A DNA stretch of 64,000 bases from Octopus sinensis (GCF_006345805.1 NW_021834179.1:1-64000); one strand, 5' to 3'; positions 26,002-40,322 are shown, numbered from the stretch's first letter. Made by a program: numbers and translations. The notes: a model not told the origin generated them from the letters alone.

Positions 26002-26610
26002 TTTCTATCATTACATGATACAACGCCATATCGTTAGCTGACAAGAGACATCTCTTAGGATTAACGCTCAGATCTTTCTCGGGATCCATGTAAATTCAGT
26101 GAGTGTTGCTTCAGGGAAACGCCCAGTAGATAAGAAGGATTTCTGAGATGCTGTCCTACCTACATATGTCATATACCATGTTTAATAATATAATTGGTGA
26201 CCAAGGCGTATGACCACGCTGTTAATGGTGCTCTATTCGCGATAGCGAGATCGCGGTTTCAATTCCCGTAAAGGGAATTGTATTGCGCTCTTAAGCAAAA
26301 CACCTCATCTCATATTGCTTTGCGTCGTGTAGGAATGGTGAATTTCTGGAAAATGGATTTATTTTCCGGATATTAAACTACAGCGAATCGCGTACATCGA
26401 CAGAAAATACTGACACTGCCTGTAAAGAAACACATAACGGGTTATAACAAATGTGTACTTCGGTCAGTATTCTTATCCGATACAAGCCGCAGAATTAGAC
26501 AATAAACTTTCATGAGGTAATAGAATATCCAGATAAGTGGATAAACCTTTTCTAATTTCTGTAAAAAATTAATACTGAAGTCATATTTGAAACCGGCATT
26601 GTAAATGTAA
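26002..26610 (+). pseudogene. Further CTLD-like decayed segments, copy A
   Basis: LSLHDTT.YR*LTRDIS..NAQIF..VAS..DKKDF, then a paralog of the VGMV..GKWIYFP..YFGQYSY..EVIEY.DKW segment after a SINE remnant (26207-26320). Confidence 0.45.
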
Positions 26611-27015
26611 ATCAATTTTTGCTACTTTCCTGTAAATATTTAAAATTAATATTTATACACACACATATCTACACTGGCGAAATTAAATCTAAGACAGATG
26701 ATATTAGTCCTATTTCTAACAAAATATTTTGTTACAAACACCATACAACTTATTTCTATCTTTTACACCTTATGAAGAATTTATTTCTCTTTCGAATGAT
26801 GCAGACAATAACTATTTTTATACAACTTGAAGAATGCATGAAAGTACTTGTTCAATCAGAGTGGATATTTGATATTCTATCGCTTCATTATGTTATCTTA
26901 TCGTATCATATATTATTATAAGATTGTAAATAAATCATGAAAATCAAAGTTGGAATTTCTTTCAGTAATATATTCTCCTATACACAATCATACACACCTG
27001 TGTATAAGTGCATAT

Positions 27016-27120
<105 letters not shown>

Positions 27121-27376
27121 ATATTATTACACACACAAACATATACACTCACACACACATACACACATAAAAATATAAATGGTAAAAAATGCAATAGAAG
27201 ACAATAAAAGATTGGGACAGATAGACGATAGAAAGCGGACAGGAGAAACAAAGATTAGGACAGGCAAAAAAACGACGGGTCATTCGTGGCTTTCTTTCCT
27301 CAGTCAAGTCCCACAAGTCACGACCATCTCGGGCAGTTATACTTGAGATGGTTCGAGCTGGTTGCCCAACTAAAAG

Positions 27377-27445
<69 letters not shown>

Positions 27446-27534
27446 TATATATAAAGGCGGTGCTCCAGCATGACCGCAGTCAAATGACTGAAACAAGTAA
27501 AAGAGTAAAAGAGTAAAAGAGTAATATATATATA

Positions 27535-27928
27535 CTAGCAGTATCTCCCGGCGTTGCTCGGGTTTGTAAGGGAAATAATCATATAAGCATTTTTAGAGAT
27601 GTAAAGTATTATAGCCATCTCAATATGGCTAACCACAAAGGGGGAGGGGTGTTACTGTAGCTTTTTACGTTCTGAGATTTAATAATAAATTTTAGAGAGT
27701 TACTTCCCTTATATATGTCAAAAATGGATTAAAAATGGGAAAAATTGATGGTAATTTTTTTTTAAATCGTAGACTCATCGTAGACGTGCGCTAATACCCA
27801 GACGGTCTCGATATGAATCACGACTATAAGATACCCGGTTTTGGTTAAACTGCACCGCAAAATGTGGGAGTAGTTAGGAATCTAAATCGTAGGAGACAGA
27901 CACACAACCTCACTTTTATATATAAAGA
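27535..27928 (-). mobile_element. Non-autonomous Helitron
   Basis: Minus strand a|TCtttatatataaaag ... cccgagcaacgccggg hairpin ... CTAG|t, inserted between A and T. Confidence 0.8.
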
Positions 27929-28091
27929 TTTCCTCTATTTACATAATATTGAGGTCTCTTTCTTTCTTTTGTTATCTTACTGTTTTTACCAATATACATA
28001 TATATATATATATATAAATATATATATAGTTACAGAGATGTACTTGCATAGCAAGTGACTTGATCTGAGATCGTGTGCTGGAACGAAAACA

Positions 28092-28349
28092 GTTGCAGCG
28101 TTGAAGGTGTTTATAAGCCATTTAAGAAACACACAAAAACCGTTAGATTCACTTCAACATTTAAATTTAATTTGTCAAAATATTTTCATCGCTTTGAGAC
28201 CGCGATCTGTTAGCACGATATTTTTGTCAGTGAACAGGTCGCGGTCTCAAAGCGACGAAAATATTTTGGCAAATTAAATTTAAATGTTGAAGTGAATGTA
28301 ACGGTTTTTGTGTGTTTCTTAAATGGCTTACAACACCTTCCACGCTGCA
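28092..28349. repeat. Palindrome with arms of about 118 bp carrying a hammerhead-like motif, between (TA)n tracts
   Basis: ttgcagcg..aaggtgtt..cgcgatctgtt / aacaggtcgcg..aacaccttccacgctgcaa. Confidence 0.9.
28223..28273 (+). ncRNA. Minimal hammerhead candidate with a G3-C8 swapped core and a 1-nt insertion after A9
   Basis: tttgtca GTGAACA g gtcgc-ggtctcaaa-gcgac GAAA atat TT tggcaaa: 7-bp stem I, 5-bp stem II, palindromic AATATT. Confidence 0.68.
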
Positions 28350-28710
28350 AGATATATATATACACACATATATATATGTATGTATGTATGTATGTGTGTA
28401 TATGTGTATGCATGTATGTGTGTGTGTGTGCGTGTCTGTGCTTGTGATTGTCCTCCACCACTGCTTGACAACGAATGTTGGTTGTTTACATCCCTGTCAC
28501 CTAGTGGTTTGACAAAGGAAACAGATAGAATAAGTACAATGCTTAAAAATAAAACGAGTTGATTCATTAAACTACAATTCTTCAAGGCATTGCCCCAGCA
28601 TGGCCACAGACCAATGGCTGGAACAAGCAGAAGAATAAAAGAATACAGTCTCTGCTTTGGTCTTATGTTCAAGGCATGAGAAAGCTTGAGTTTACATGAG
28701 AAGGCCTAAC

Positions 28711-29075
28711 AGACCTGGTAGAAACAGCAGCCAAATCTCCCTCAAATCACACCTTACTGTCTTGTATGTATATATATATGAGCCAATGAGGGGGACCTCT
28801 ACATGGTAGCTAGACCTGGTAGAAATAGCAGCCAAATTTCCCCCAAATCACACCTTACTGTCTTATCTATGTATATATGTATGTATGAGCCTATGAGGGA
28901 GACCCCTACATGGCAGCTAGACCTGGTAGAAATAGCAGCCAAATTTCCCCCAAATCACACCTTACTGTCTTATCTATGTATTATGTATGGACCTATGAGG
29001 GAGACCCCTACATGGCAGCTAGACTGTAGAAATAGCAGCCAAATCTCCCTCAAATCACACCTTACTGTCTTATCT
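28711..29075 (+). repeat. Tandem repeat of about 105-107 bp, about 3.5 copies
   Basis: Unit atgag.c.atgaggg.gacc.ctacatgg.agctagacctggtagaaatagcagccaaat.tccc.caaatcacaccttactgtctt. Confidence 0.9.
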
Positions 29076-29314
29076 TTCTGCTACTTGGATATAGGTGTTA
29101 TATTCGTCGTAAAAAACTTTCCTGTCACACACTCACGCACACGCACACACCACACACACACGCACCCTCACAGACACACACACGCGCACACCCACACACA
29201 CCCACTCACACACACGCACGTTAGCTTACAATTTTATTTATATATTTGCGTGTCTGTGTGGAAAGAGGAAGTGGGAGGCAGAGTGAAAGAATCACTCACT
29301 ACAGTAAGGCAATT

Positions 29315-29581
29315 ACTTTCATTTTATTCGTTGCCCACTGTGTGTGTGCGTTTGCGTGTGCTGTAAACCAGACTAAGAAAAGCTTTGACACACACCACAC
29401 CAGAATGTGAGTTTTCTGTAAATTTTGCTTAATTGGAGTTTAAATTTTAAAAACTGGACCTGGCATGACGCGATGCATTGTACTCTTAAAATGCTAGGTA
29501 AATTGTAATTGAAGAAATCCTATATTGTAGATTTGTATAACTCCCAGGAGGCAGATAAAATCTGCCTTTTATAATAAGAGA
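29315..29581 (-). mobile_element. Helitron 5' fragment (same family as 30099-31776)
   Basis: Homologous to 31505-31776; minus-strand start TCtcttattataaaaggcagattttatctgcc. Confidence 0.7.
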
Positions 29582-29636
29582 TATATACATACACACACAC
29601 CACACATACAATATCTATATATAAATATATATATAT

Positions 29637-29679
<43 letters not shown>

Positions 29680-29690
29680 TTATTATATAT

Positions 29691-29722
<32 letters not shown>

Positions 29723-29882
29723 CACTCAATCCCCTCAATCACACGCCAGATTTTACCATTTATAAAATATTATAATAATCCAGGTTTCTCGGAGCACTAG
29801 GCCACTTGGTGTAGAATAGATATACTATTAAATTAGTATCTAATTCTCTCACCCTTATTAATTAATTATATATAATATATAT

Positions 29883-29934
<52 letters not shown>

Positions 29935-29991
29935 GCGGTGCTCCAGCATGGCCGCAGTCAAATGACTGAAACAAGTAAAAGAGTAAAAGAG

Positions 29992-30096
<105 letters not shown>

Positions 30097-30098
30097 TA

Positions 30099-31188
30099 CT
30101 AGCAGTATCGCCCGGCGTTGCTCGGGTTTGTTTCGACCCGCTGGAATTGTAATTTTGAAAAGTAAAAATTTTGTGAACATTTTTCTGGTCGAAATACACC
30201 GAAAAGTGGCGACACAGCAGTGAAAAAATCGTAAAAAATAGGGATGTTCATAGAAAAAAGCATCTTTTTGATGTAAATAATTTTTGGTGTTAACATGGTC
30301 CGATTTGAATTTTATGTTCTACGGAAGGAAGAGCAACCCTTCTTCTACCATACTCTCAATTTTGGTCAACTTGCGCCGCAGGGTCTCGGAGGAGATAGTG
30401 TTAGTTGAAGGTTACCATTCTAGGTGCCTGAGTAACAACCTCGCGGATTTACAGATAAATGAATTAATTACTATTTTACAGAATAAAATTAAATAATTCT
30501 TGAAAATTAATTAATATTAATATTTTTTGAACAAAGTAAATAATTTTTAAAACTTAAATAATAATTTTTTTTACACAAACGCGAACGGGGAAAAGGGGGT
30601 GGCGAATTCGATTTACATACCCAAATTTTTCTTTTTCATGACATTGTAGCAAAATAGTAGTGAATTATATAAATACCAGCAGTACATTTTTTATCTGGGG
30701 TATTTTTTTTCAACCTCGTCACATATTTGCCCCTTTCAATTTAAACAAAGTCTTAATTAAGCAATTACGGCAGCTTAGCAATGGTTTCAATACAGGCGTG
30801 ACATGTGTATCTCAATTGTTCAAAACCCTTCGAATTTTTTCGCACGTGATGATATCATAGTGAAAACTTTCAATTACGCGCGCTTAGAAGTACGCTCGCA
30901 AATTAATACTACCAAAATTTTGAAGTTCGCGCTCCGCTTGTGTGTGTGTGTGTGTGCGTGCTTTAGGTGTACGTAGGTATGTGTTTTTGTGTGTGTGTCA
31001 CTGAAGCCATACGTACATATATACATACATAACCTCTCTCTCTCTTTTCTCTCTCAGTCACTCACTACAAAAAGTGAATAAAAAAAGTTCAGTTATTCTG
31101 TCTTTCACTCTGTCTGTCTCTTTACACACACTAACAAAAGCACTTCACTTACACACCACACTTTCTGTGTCGCACAACCCATCAAACA

Positions 31189-31234
<46 letters not shown>

Positions 31235-31776
31235 GCACGCACACATGTACATCAATGCTTTCGGAGTGAAATGTTAAAATATTGAGTTTTCTCGAATTTT
31301 GTCTTAATTGGGGGTGAAATTGAAAGAAATATATTATGGCATGACCGAATGGAGTACTTTGAAAAATCTTAGATAAACTCTAATTGAAGAAATTGTGTGA
31401 GGAGTAAATCGTTATGTATTTATTTGTTTCTGTTTGCTGGTTTTTTTTTTGAGTAGTGGTTTAAATACTTTCAGTTTAGTCTTCCTCAAATCACTCTGTC
31501 GCTATTTACTTTCATTTTATTCGTTGCACACTGTTTGTGTGCGTGTGCGTGTGGTGTAAACCACATTGAGAAAAGCATTTGACATACACACCAGAATGTG
31601 AGTTTTCTGTAAATTTTGCTTAATTGGAGTTTAAATTTTAAAAACTGGACCTGGCATGACCCGATGCATTCTACTCTTAAAAATGCTAGGTAAATTGTAA
31701 TTGAAGAAATCCTATATTGTAGATTTCTATAAGTTACAAAGGGAGGCAGATAAAATCTGCCTTTTATAATAAGAGA
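30099..31776 (-). mobile_element. Non-autonomous Helitron, about 1.7 kb
   Basis: Minus strand a|TCtcttattataaaagg ... cccgagcaacgccgggcg hairpin ... CTAG|t within (TA)n. Confidence 0.78.
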
Positions 31777-31803
31777 TATATAAATATATATATATATATA
31801 CAT

Positions 31804-31882
<79 letters not shown>

Positions 31883-32140
31883 TATGTGTGTTGTGTATGT
31901 GCGTGTAGTTATTCAAACAATTACTAAACTATGTAGCTACACCAAGTGGGAAATTCCGTTTGTACAATTGTTCCGAGAATAAATTATTTGATAATCAGTC
32001 CACATGACAAACAGTAGAAAAGAAGACATTTAATATAATTTCTAATACGGAATAAACGGGATTAGAAGAAATAGGCGTAGCAGAGAGTCGCTGAGGATAT
32101 CATAGTATGTGAGACGAAAGAATTTAAATAATAATAATAA

Positions 32141-32171
<31 letters not shown>

Positions 32172-32199
32172 AATAACAACAACAACAATAATAACAGTC

Positions 32200-32459
32200 G
32201 TTCCTACTATAGGCACAAGGCCTGAAATATTCTTGGATGGGGGAGTTAGTCGATTATATAGCCCCTAGTACTCAACTGGTATTTAATTTATAGACCTCGA
32301 AATGATGAAATGCGAATTTGACCTCGGGGGAATTTGAACTCAGAAACTAATGATGGATGAAATACTACCAAGCATTTTGCCCGGAGTGCTAACGGTTCCG
32401 CCAGCTCAGTACATCAAATAATAATAAATAATAATAATAATATTAATAATAATGATAAT

Positions 32460-32505
<46 letters not shown>

Positions 32506-33190
32506 TAATAATAATAATAATAATTATAATTATAATTATTATTATTATTATTCCTGCCTACTGGAAGCACAAGGAGAAGTCCATTACATCGATCCCAGTG
32601 TGTAACTGGTACTTAATTTATCGTCCCCGAAAGGATGAAAGGCAAAGTCGATCTCGGCGGAATTTGAACTCAGAACGTAGTGAGAGACGAAATACCTATT
32701 TCTTTCCTACCTCTCCAGGGGCTAAACATAGAGAGGTCAAACATGGACAAACAAACGGATTAAGTCGATTATATCGAAGGCAGTGAGTAACTGGTACTTA
32801 TTTAATCGACCCCGAAAGGATGAAAGGCAATGCCGACCTCGGCGGAATCTGAACTCAGAACGTAACCGCAGACGAAATACTTCTAAGCGTTTCGTCCGGC
32901 GTACCAACAACAACAACAATAATAATTAAGTGAATATCAAAAATATATTGCGCGTGTTTCATTGGCAACAGACGACCATCTCCAAATAGAATAATTTCTG
33001 TTTCAACACCCAATTTCAAAAATGCATGAACGTAATAATATTAAATTTGAAGTAGAAATATTCCGCCGAGGTTGTCTTTGCCTTTTATCCTTTCGGGGTC
33101 GATGAAATCAATATCAGTTAAGTACTGGGGTCGATGTAATCAACTAACTCCCTCCCCCGAAATTGCTGGTGTTGTGCCAAAATTTGAAAT
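32200..33190. mobile_element. Cluster of Nin-like SINE copies (minus 32200-32410 and 32553-32905; plus 33060-33190) with (TAA)n tracts
   Basis: Repeated gaaaggatgaaaggcaaagtcga.ctcggcggaatttgaactcagaac. Confidence 0.78.
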
Positions 33191-33341
33191 GAATGTGTAG
33201 GAGAAATAAAACAAAACACAGCATCACTCACTAATGGACAGCATGTTAATCGTTTCAACAAATTATAAAGTGAACGGCTAGGAGAGTGTTTCATCTTTAT
33301 GCGTATTTCCTTGGATTGAATCCGTGTAGGGGGGCATGTTT

Positions 33342-34030
33342 AGGCGCGGCTGTGTGGTAAGACGCTTGCTTCCAAATCTGGTTTCGTGTTCAGTTCCACT
33401 GCGTGGCACACTACGCACATGTCTTCTACTGTAGCCATTGGACTCTCAACATCTTCAGGAGTGGATTTGGTAGATGGAAACGGAAAGTAGCCCATTGTGG
33501 CTATTCTTTTACTTGTTTCAGTCATTTGACTGTGGCCATGCTGGAGCTCCGCCTTTAGTCGAACAAATCGACTCTTGGACTTAATCTTTGTAAGCCTAGT
33601 ACTTATTCCATCAGTTTCTTTTCCAGAACAGCTATGTTACAGGGACGTAAGCACACCAACATTGGTTGTCAAATGATGGTGGAGGGACAAATATAGACAC
33701 ACAAAGACACACAGACACACACATAGGACTGGCTTATTTGAGTTTCCATCTATGAAATCCACTCTCAAGTCTTTGGTCGGCCCTTGGCTATAGTAGAAGT
33801 CACTCAGCCAAGGTTTCTCGCAACGGGACTGAACCCGGAACCATGTGTTTCTTACACTACAGCCACTCCTATGCCTATATATGTCTGTCTGTATGTATCA
33901 GTGTGTGTGTGTGTCCTTGTGTCCGTGTTTGTCCCACCGCTTAGCGATTCACCAAAATACTCCAATAAAATAAGTACAAGGCTTAAAAAATGAAGTACAG
34001 AGGTCAATTAGTTCGACTCAAAACATCTTA
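33342..34030. mobile_element. Nested SINE fragments on both strands
   Basis: ggcgcggctgtgtggtaag..gttcagttccactgcgtggcac (+), SINE tail ttgtttcagtcatttgactgtggccatgctggagc (-), and a further head at about 33725-33875 (-). Confidence 0.65.
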
Positions 34031-34418
34031 AACCAGTGGCATCTCTATATATACACATAATCCTTTCTGAGCCATGTTCGTTAAAGAAATTGTTCGTTAC
34101 ATAAGTAATTGAAATACTTACAAATAGAAGAAATCCGTTCATGCCACTCCCCAAAGCCAAATAAAAGTATATATTATACCTTAGCGTTAATACAATAGAA
34201 AGTCATGTGAAAGGTCGAATGAAGTGGGACTGTCAAGTTTGGTTTACCACTAAAACACCGGCTTGAACAGAAAAATGTGGTGCAGAAATTGGGTATCAAC
34301 GGTTTTAAGGTGTGGTTGATCATTGAGCGGAGGGACATAAATTATAACAGATTAGGAGCAAGAAAAACATTTAGCCTTATTCAAGAACATTCATTTTATA
34401 ATTTATAATATAAGTATT

Positions 34419-34579
34419 GGCGCAGGAATAGCTGTTTAGTAAGTAGCGTGCTTACCAACCACATTGTTCGGTGTTCAGTCCCACTGCGTGGCACCTTGGT
34501 AAAATGCGTTCTACTATAGCCTCGGGCCGACCAAAGCCTTGTTAATGGATCTGGAAGACGGAAACTGAAAGAAGGCCAT

Positions 34580-34615
<36 letters not shown>

Positions 34616-34800
34616 TTTTTGTGTCTGTGTTTGTCCCCCACCATCGCTTTACAACCGATGTTGGTGAGTTTACGTCCATGTAATTTAGTGGTTCAGCAAA
34701 GGAGACTCATAGAATAAGTAGAAGTCTTATAAATAACAAGTTCGGTGAAAAAGGCATTGCTCCAGCATGGCCTCAGTGAAATGGCTGAAACAAATAAAAG
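34419..34800 (+). mobile_element. tRNA-derived SINE, second family, near full length with internal (TG)n
   Basis: ggcgcagga..gctgt..gtaagtagc..gttcagtcccactgcgtggcaccttgg..ctactatagcctcgggccgaccaaagcc..(TG)n..gctccagcatggcc..ctgaaacaa. Confidence 0.78.
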
Positions 34801-35589
34801 AACTGTGCAGAGTGGTTACAAATATGCACAAAGTCTCTTATAACTGTTTCTAGAATAGCTAAGCATGTTATTGAGTAAAGAATTCCATCTGAGCAAATCA
34901 TTCCGTTATTGGAGAAAGAAGAAGAAAATGCAGAAATGCATAATATCCTTTATCGAGGATATTATTCGTTCCCAGTCTTTTGGGAAACCATGGAGTTCTC
35001 AGATAAATGTGTTTGGTATTTTCGTGATCGAAGAGTTAGTAAAGTTTCCAGGAAAGTCCCTGGCAAAGGATAATGGAAGTTAACAGTTGCATCTTTGAAT
35101 AGAAAGTGAATCAGTTTTGTAAGGCATTGGAAGAGTCTATTATTAGGCGAATGAGAAATATATGAGAGTATATAGAGATTAGTCTATATAGTGAGGGGGT
35201 GTTTGACTTGGGGGTTAAAGGGATGCATGTATACACACACATAGATACAGAGAGAGACATACACATACACACACGCACTAACATATGCAAACACACACAC
35301 ACACATACATGCAGTGGCATATTCCCATTGATATACACACAGTCAGATACACACAATTACGCGGCCATACATACACATGCATACGTATGAGTTTAGAAAT
35401 GGACAGATAAATGTCTGTTTGCACACACAGACACACCCACATACAAATTCTCGCATAGTCATCGTATATAATTATAGAGAGCTAAATTTAATTAATGTTG
35501 TAGAGGAGAGAGAGACGAGGGGATTTTTTAGTAATTAAGGATGAGAAAAAGCAGATGTATGAACGCCAGTCGCCTCATTTTATATTTCA

Positions 35590-37300
35590 CTATCAATGTG
35601 GGCCAGAGTGATTAAATCGCCAAACTGGAAATACCCAGGACCGGATAGCGTACAAGGATATTGGCTGAAAATTTTCGCAGCACTACACAGAAGAATAGCG
35701 AAGCAAATATATAAAATGATCAACAACGGGGTACAAATCCCAAAGAGGCTGACCAAAAGTCAAACATATCTTTGCCAAAATAATCCCAACAAATCAATGC
35801 AGTGGATAATCACCGGCCTATCACCTGTCTGCCCCACATGTGGAAGCTGATGACAGGAATAATATCTAATTAGGTGTATGATTTCCTGGAAATAAATTAC
35901 AAAGCACCAGTGAAACAGAAAGGGAACAGAAAGAAAAGCCAAGGGACACTTACAGACTAATATGGTTTCAGAAAGGAAAATGAAAAGGAAGACAGTGTTT
36001 GTAAGCAACTGCACACGATCAGGCATTCATAACTAACTACATAAAAGCCAAAATAGACAAAAACCAGGCAAATTCCCAATGTAGAGACTTTTAACATGAA
36101 TTCACACAGAAAACATTTAGAATCAACTTGACAACCAGAATTTGCTACCAGAAGAACTGAAATATTTGCAGAAAGAAGGCTAGAGGAACGCACGATCTAT
36201 TACACACAGAGAGAGCAGTTCTAAAGTCGAGAATGCAAACTTCAACAGTATAAAAATCATATGACATAATACAACACTCACGGATAAGTGAATGTTTGAG
36301 TATATTCAGTATTGCAGTCAACACAAGAGACTTAATTAGTTACAGCAATAGTGCGAAGAATTGGAAAGTATATCTCTACTCAGGTAACACTGCTTTAGGA
36401 AAAGTTAATAACAGGCGAGGAATTCTCCAGGGAGACTCGTTATCTCCATTAATATTTGTGTTATGCTTAACTGTCGTCAATTTAGTACTAAGAAAGGCAA
36501 AGTCAGGGTATCAGTTTAGAGATGTTAAAAGAAATATTAATCATTTGCTCAAGATGGACGATTAGAAGCTTTTTGGTTCCTTAATACGAATTGTAAGGCG
36601 CTTAAGAAAAGATATAGGCATGGAATTTGGCATAGATATGTGCGCAACATAAGTCATAAAAAGGGGACAGGTAGTCAGCAGTGAAGGATAGTTAGCAAGA
36701 GAGTAAAATCACTGAAGGCAGAGAATCATAAGTGCTTCGGAGTATTAGAATCTGAGAGTGTATTAACAATGGAAATGAAAACAAAAATAGATAAGGAGTA
36801 CATCGGAAGGTTGAAGAAGCTAATGAAGGGAAAGCGAAGTGTTCTAAATCTAGAAGAGGTTGTAAAAACTTTGGGAAGTTACCTCGGTATTCAGCAGAAT
36901 TTGTTGATTGGAAAAGACCTGAATTAGCAAATCTAGACTGAAGAACTAGGAAGGAATTCAATATGAATGGAGGACTTCAGCCTCGATTAGGAAGAGCAAG
37001 ATTGCACTTACTTAGAATAACGAAGGTGGAAGAGGTTTAATATCAGCAGAAAGTAGCGTAGAGTTAGCTAGAGTTGATATATATATAATAGTGAATAAAA
37101 TTTATGAGTTGCAAGATTTACAGTAAGAGATAGGAAAAGAAAAATCCAAATGAAATTAAAACCATAAAAAAGGAGGGAGATTATCTAACTGACAAGAGAA
37201 TGTTTTTCCATGGTAGATTGGCAAAGATAGTTACAGAAATAGTAACAGTGAAACATATGGTTGCTGAAAGGAAGCTGAAATGGGAGACAGAGTTTCTAAG
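35590..37300 (+). mobile_element. Old, highly degenerate Dong/R4-like RT relic
   Basis: PNWKYPGPDSVQGYWLK, RRGILQGDSLSPLIFVLCL, INHLLKMDD, IGMEFGI. Confidence 0.8.
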
Positions 37301-37311
37301 CAAAAATTAAT

Positions 37312-38225
37312 TGTAAGGTCGGACTTATATTTCGGAAAGATCTATGAAAATTAACATCGACATCATGTGATGCATTACAATAATGATTGTAGGTGTAGGT
37401 TTCAGGACTAATGAATGTCCATTACTTGTACATTTGCGCTATCAGCCCTATCGTAAGCATTTGAGACAATGATATTCCATTGTCTCACACCGTACCGTCT
37501 TAACCACGGAAAGAACACAACGCACATTGCGATGTAAGTGAATCGACGGGATGATCATGACCGAAACGCCTCTGATCATAGTCTTGTCACCAGTGAACAA
37601 CAAGCATTCTTTACAACCAACTGAAATATATTCTGGGAAACGAGGAAAATTCGCCTGGTTTCCATTTTAGTAACTAGAGCGATTAGGTCTTGTCTTTGAG
37701 CAGATATCGCCATCCCAATAATCGATTAAAACAATGGCGTTTGTTTTAGAAAAGCGTCAAGTAGATAAGAATATTCTCTGGGTGTTGCCAGGACATATGA
37801 AAAATACCATTTTGGTAACATAATAGAAGTCGAGGACACATGAAATCGTGATTAAGGTCGTGATTTCAGATCATAGGACGAGTGGTGTTTTGTGCGCAGA
37901 ACACTTCATCTTATGTTGCACAGCGACCATTTCAACACTTGACTTGTAGGAATGGTGACTAGCTGGAAAATGGATTTATTTTCCGGATATTAAAAAATTT
38001 CAGCCACTCACATACATCAAGGGAAAATACTACCACTCTCGTTTAAAAAAAAATTAGATAATTTTTCAACAGGGTATTTCATTCAGTATTCTTATCGGAT
38101 AGCAGCTGGAACGTGAGACATAAAACTTATATGAGGCAATAAAATATTCAGATAAGTTGATAAAACATTTAATTTCTGTCAAAAATTGAAACTGAAGTCA
38201 TATTTGGAGTCGGCGTTATAAAGGT
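37312..38225 (+). pseudogene. CTLD-like pseudogene, copy B (paralog of 23455-24392)
   Basis: Collinear with copy A; reads SEQQAFFTT at about 37592, close to the mannose-receptor EQAFLT motif. Confidence 0.5.
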
Positions 38226-38483
38226 AAATAAATTTTTGTTACTTTTATTTTAAGATTTATCATTTATATACACACACACATATATATGATTTATGTTTCC
38301 CTTTCTCTCTATCCTTCTATAAGTATGCAACTTAATAGAATAACTTTGTTACTGACGATCATTTGTCGGTGAGCATTTGGTTCCAACCAACCATAACGTT
38401 GTTACACGCACGTCAGAATTATTATTGAAATATTTGTTTGTCCTGTTCATCCTATATATAGACTTAAACATAAATACATATGC

Positions 38484-38605
38484 GTTGGCGTGGCTATGTG
38501 GTAAGAAACATGGTTCGAAAGCAGATAGTTCCAGGTTCAGTTTCACTGCATGGCAATTTGGGAAAGTGACTTCTACTATTGTCTTGGGCCGACCAAAGTC
38601 TTACG

Positions 38606-38637
<32 letters not shown>

Positions 38638-38642
38638 ATGTG

Positions 38643-38674
<32 letters not shown>

Positions 38675-38915
38675 AGTCTGATTGTTTGTGTATGTGTGTT
38701 TCTGTCTTTGCGACTGTGTTTGTTACCCATTCATATCTTGACAGCAGGTTTTTTACGCCCCCCTCCTTAACATTGCGGTTCGGCAAAAGCGGCCAATAAA
38801 ATAAGTACTTGGCTTACAAAGAATAAGGTCTGATGTCAATTTATTGGGCTTAAAGTCTTTTGATATGGTGCTCCAGCATGGACGCAGGCAAATGTGTCCA
38901 ACAAGTAAAAGAATT
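38484..38915 (+). mobile_element. SINE, second family; paralog at 39678-40150 within a local duplication (38225-38940 vs 39420-40170)
   Basis: ggcgtggctatgtggtaagaaac..ccaggttcagtttcact..gggaaagtg.cttctactat..(TG)n..tail. Confidence 0.72.
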
Positions 38916-39832
38916 AAAGAAAAAAAATACACATTTATATATGTGTGTGTGTATATATCTAAATGCGTATGAGTATATATATATATGTATTTATATACCT
39001 ATATATATGTGTGTGTGTGTGAATGTTTTGCCTCGTACACATGTGCATATATTCACACACACATGTAGACACACGCTCACATATACATTCATATATACAT
39101 ACATATATATATACAAACGTACATACATACACACACTCATATGCACACACACTCATACACACATATATTTGTTTGTGTTTGTGTATGTATATATATGCAT
39201 CTTTATATAACCATACATGATTACATATGACAACGCGTTGCAATTCTTTGTTTTAAAATCCTAGATTGCTGCCTATAAAGTGGTTTCTGGCTTAGTTAGA
39301 ATGCCAGTGGTTGTGTTCTGTGGGGGAGGTGGACAGTCGACTAATTGGACTTCAGCACCTCTGAGAAATGAAAGGCAAAGGGGAGTTCGACTGGAAAGGA
39401 ACTCAGAACGCACCTAGATAAATCAATTTTTGTTATTTTTTTTTAAGATTTATTTATATATACACATACACATATATATATGATTTATTTTTCCATCTCT
39501 CTCATCTTTCTATAACTATGCAACTTAATAGAATAACGTTGTTCCTGACGGTCATTTGTCGGTGAGCATTTGGTTCCAAGCAACCATAACGTTGTTACAC
39601 GCACGTAATAACTATTAGTTAAACATTTGATTGTCCTCTCCATCCTATTTATAGACTTATCCATAAACACATATGCATAGGCGTGGCTATGTGGTAAGAA
39701 ACTTGCTCCGCAGTCAGATAGATCCAGGTTCAGTTTCACTTTATGGCAACCTGGGAAAGTGTCTTCTACTATAGCCTCAGGTCGAGCAAAGACTTGTGAG
39801 TGGGTATTGTAGACGGACCCGAAGGAAGTCCG

Positions 39833-39877
<45 letters not shown>

Positions 39878-40228
39878 TATGTGTTTGTGAGTGTGTGTGT
39901 GGCGTGTGTGTGTGAGTGTGTGTGTTTGCCTGTGTGTGTGTGTGTGTCTGTGTGACTTTGTTTGTTACGCGTTCATAGTTTGACAGCAGGTCTTCTACAC
40001 CCGCCTTAACATAGCTGTTCGGCAAAAGCGATCAATAAAATAAGTACCAGGCTTACAAAAAATAAGCTGTTGTAAATTTCTTCGGCTCTTCGGCTTTTCA
40101 GTTGGCACTACAGCAAGGCCGCAGTCAAATGTCTTAAACAAGTAAAATAATTAATGTAAAGAATACACTTTTTATACGTGTGTGTAGAGCTCTGAATTCG
40201 CATGAATATTTAATATATATATATATGT

Positions 40229-40272
<44 letters not shown>

Positions 40273-40282
40273 TATATATACA

Positions 40283-40322
<40 letters not shown>

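Noticed and set aside
28711-29075. CRISPR-like array
   Set aside because: Eukaryotic context, no cas genes, long repeat, non-unique spacers.
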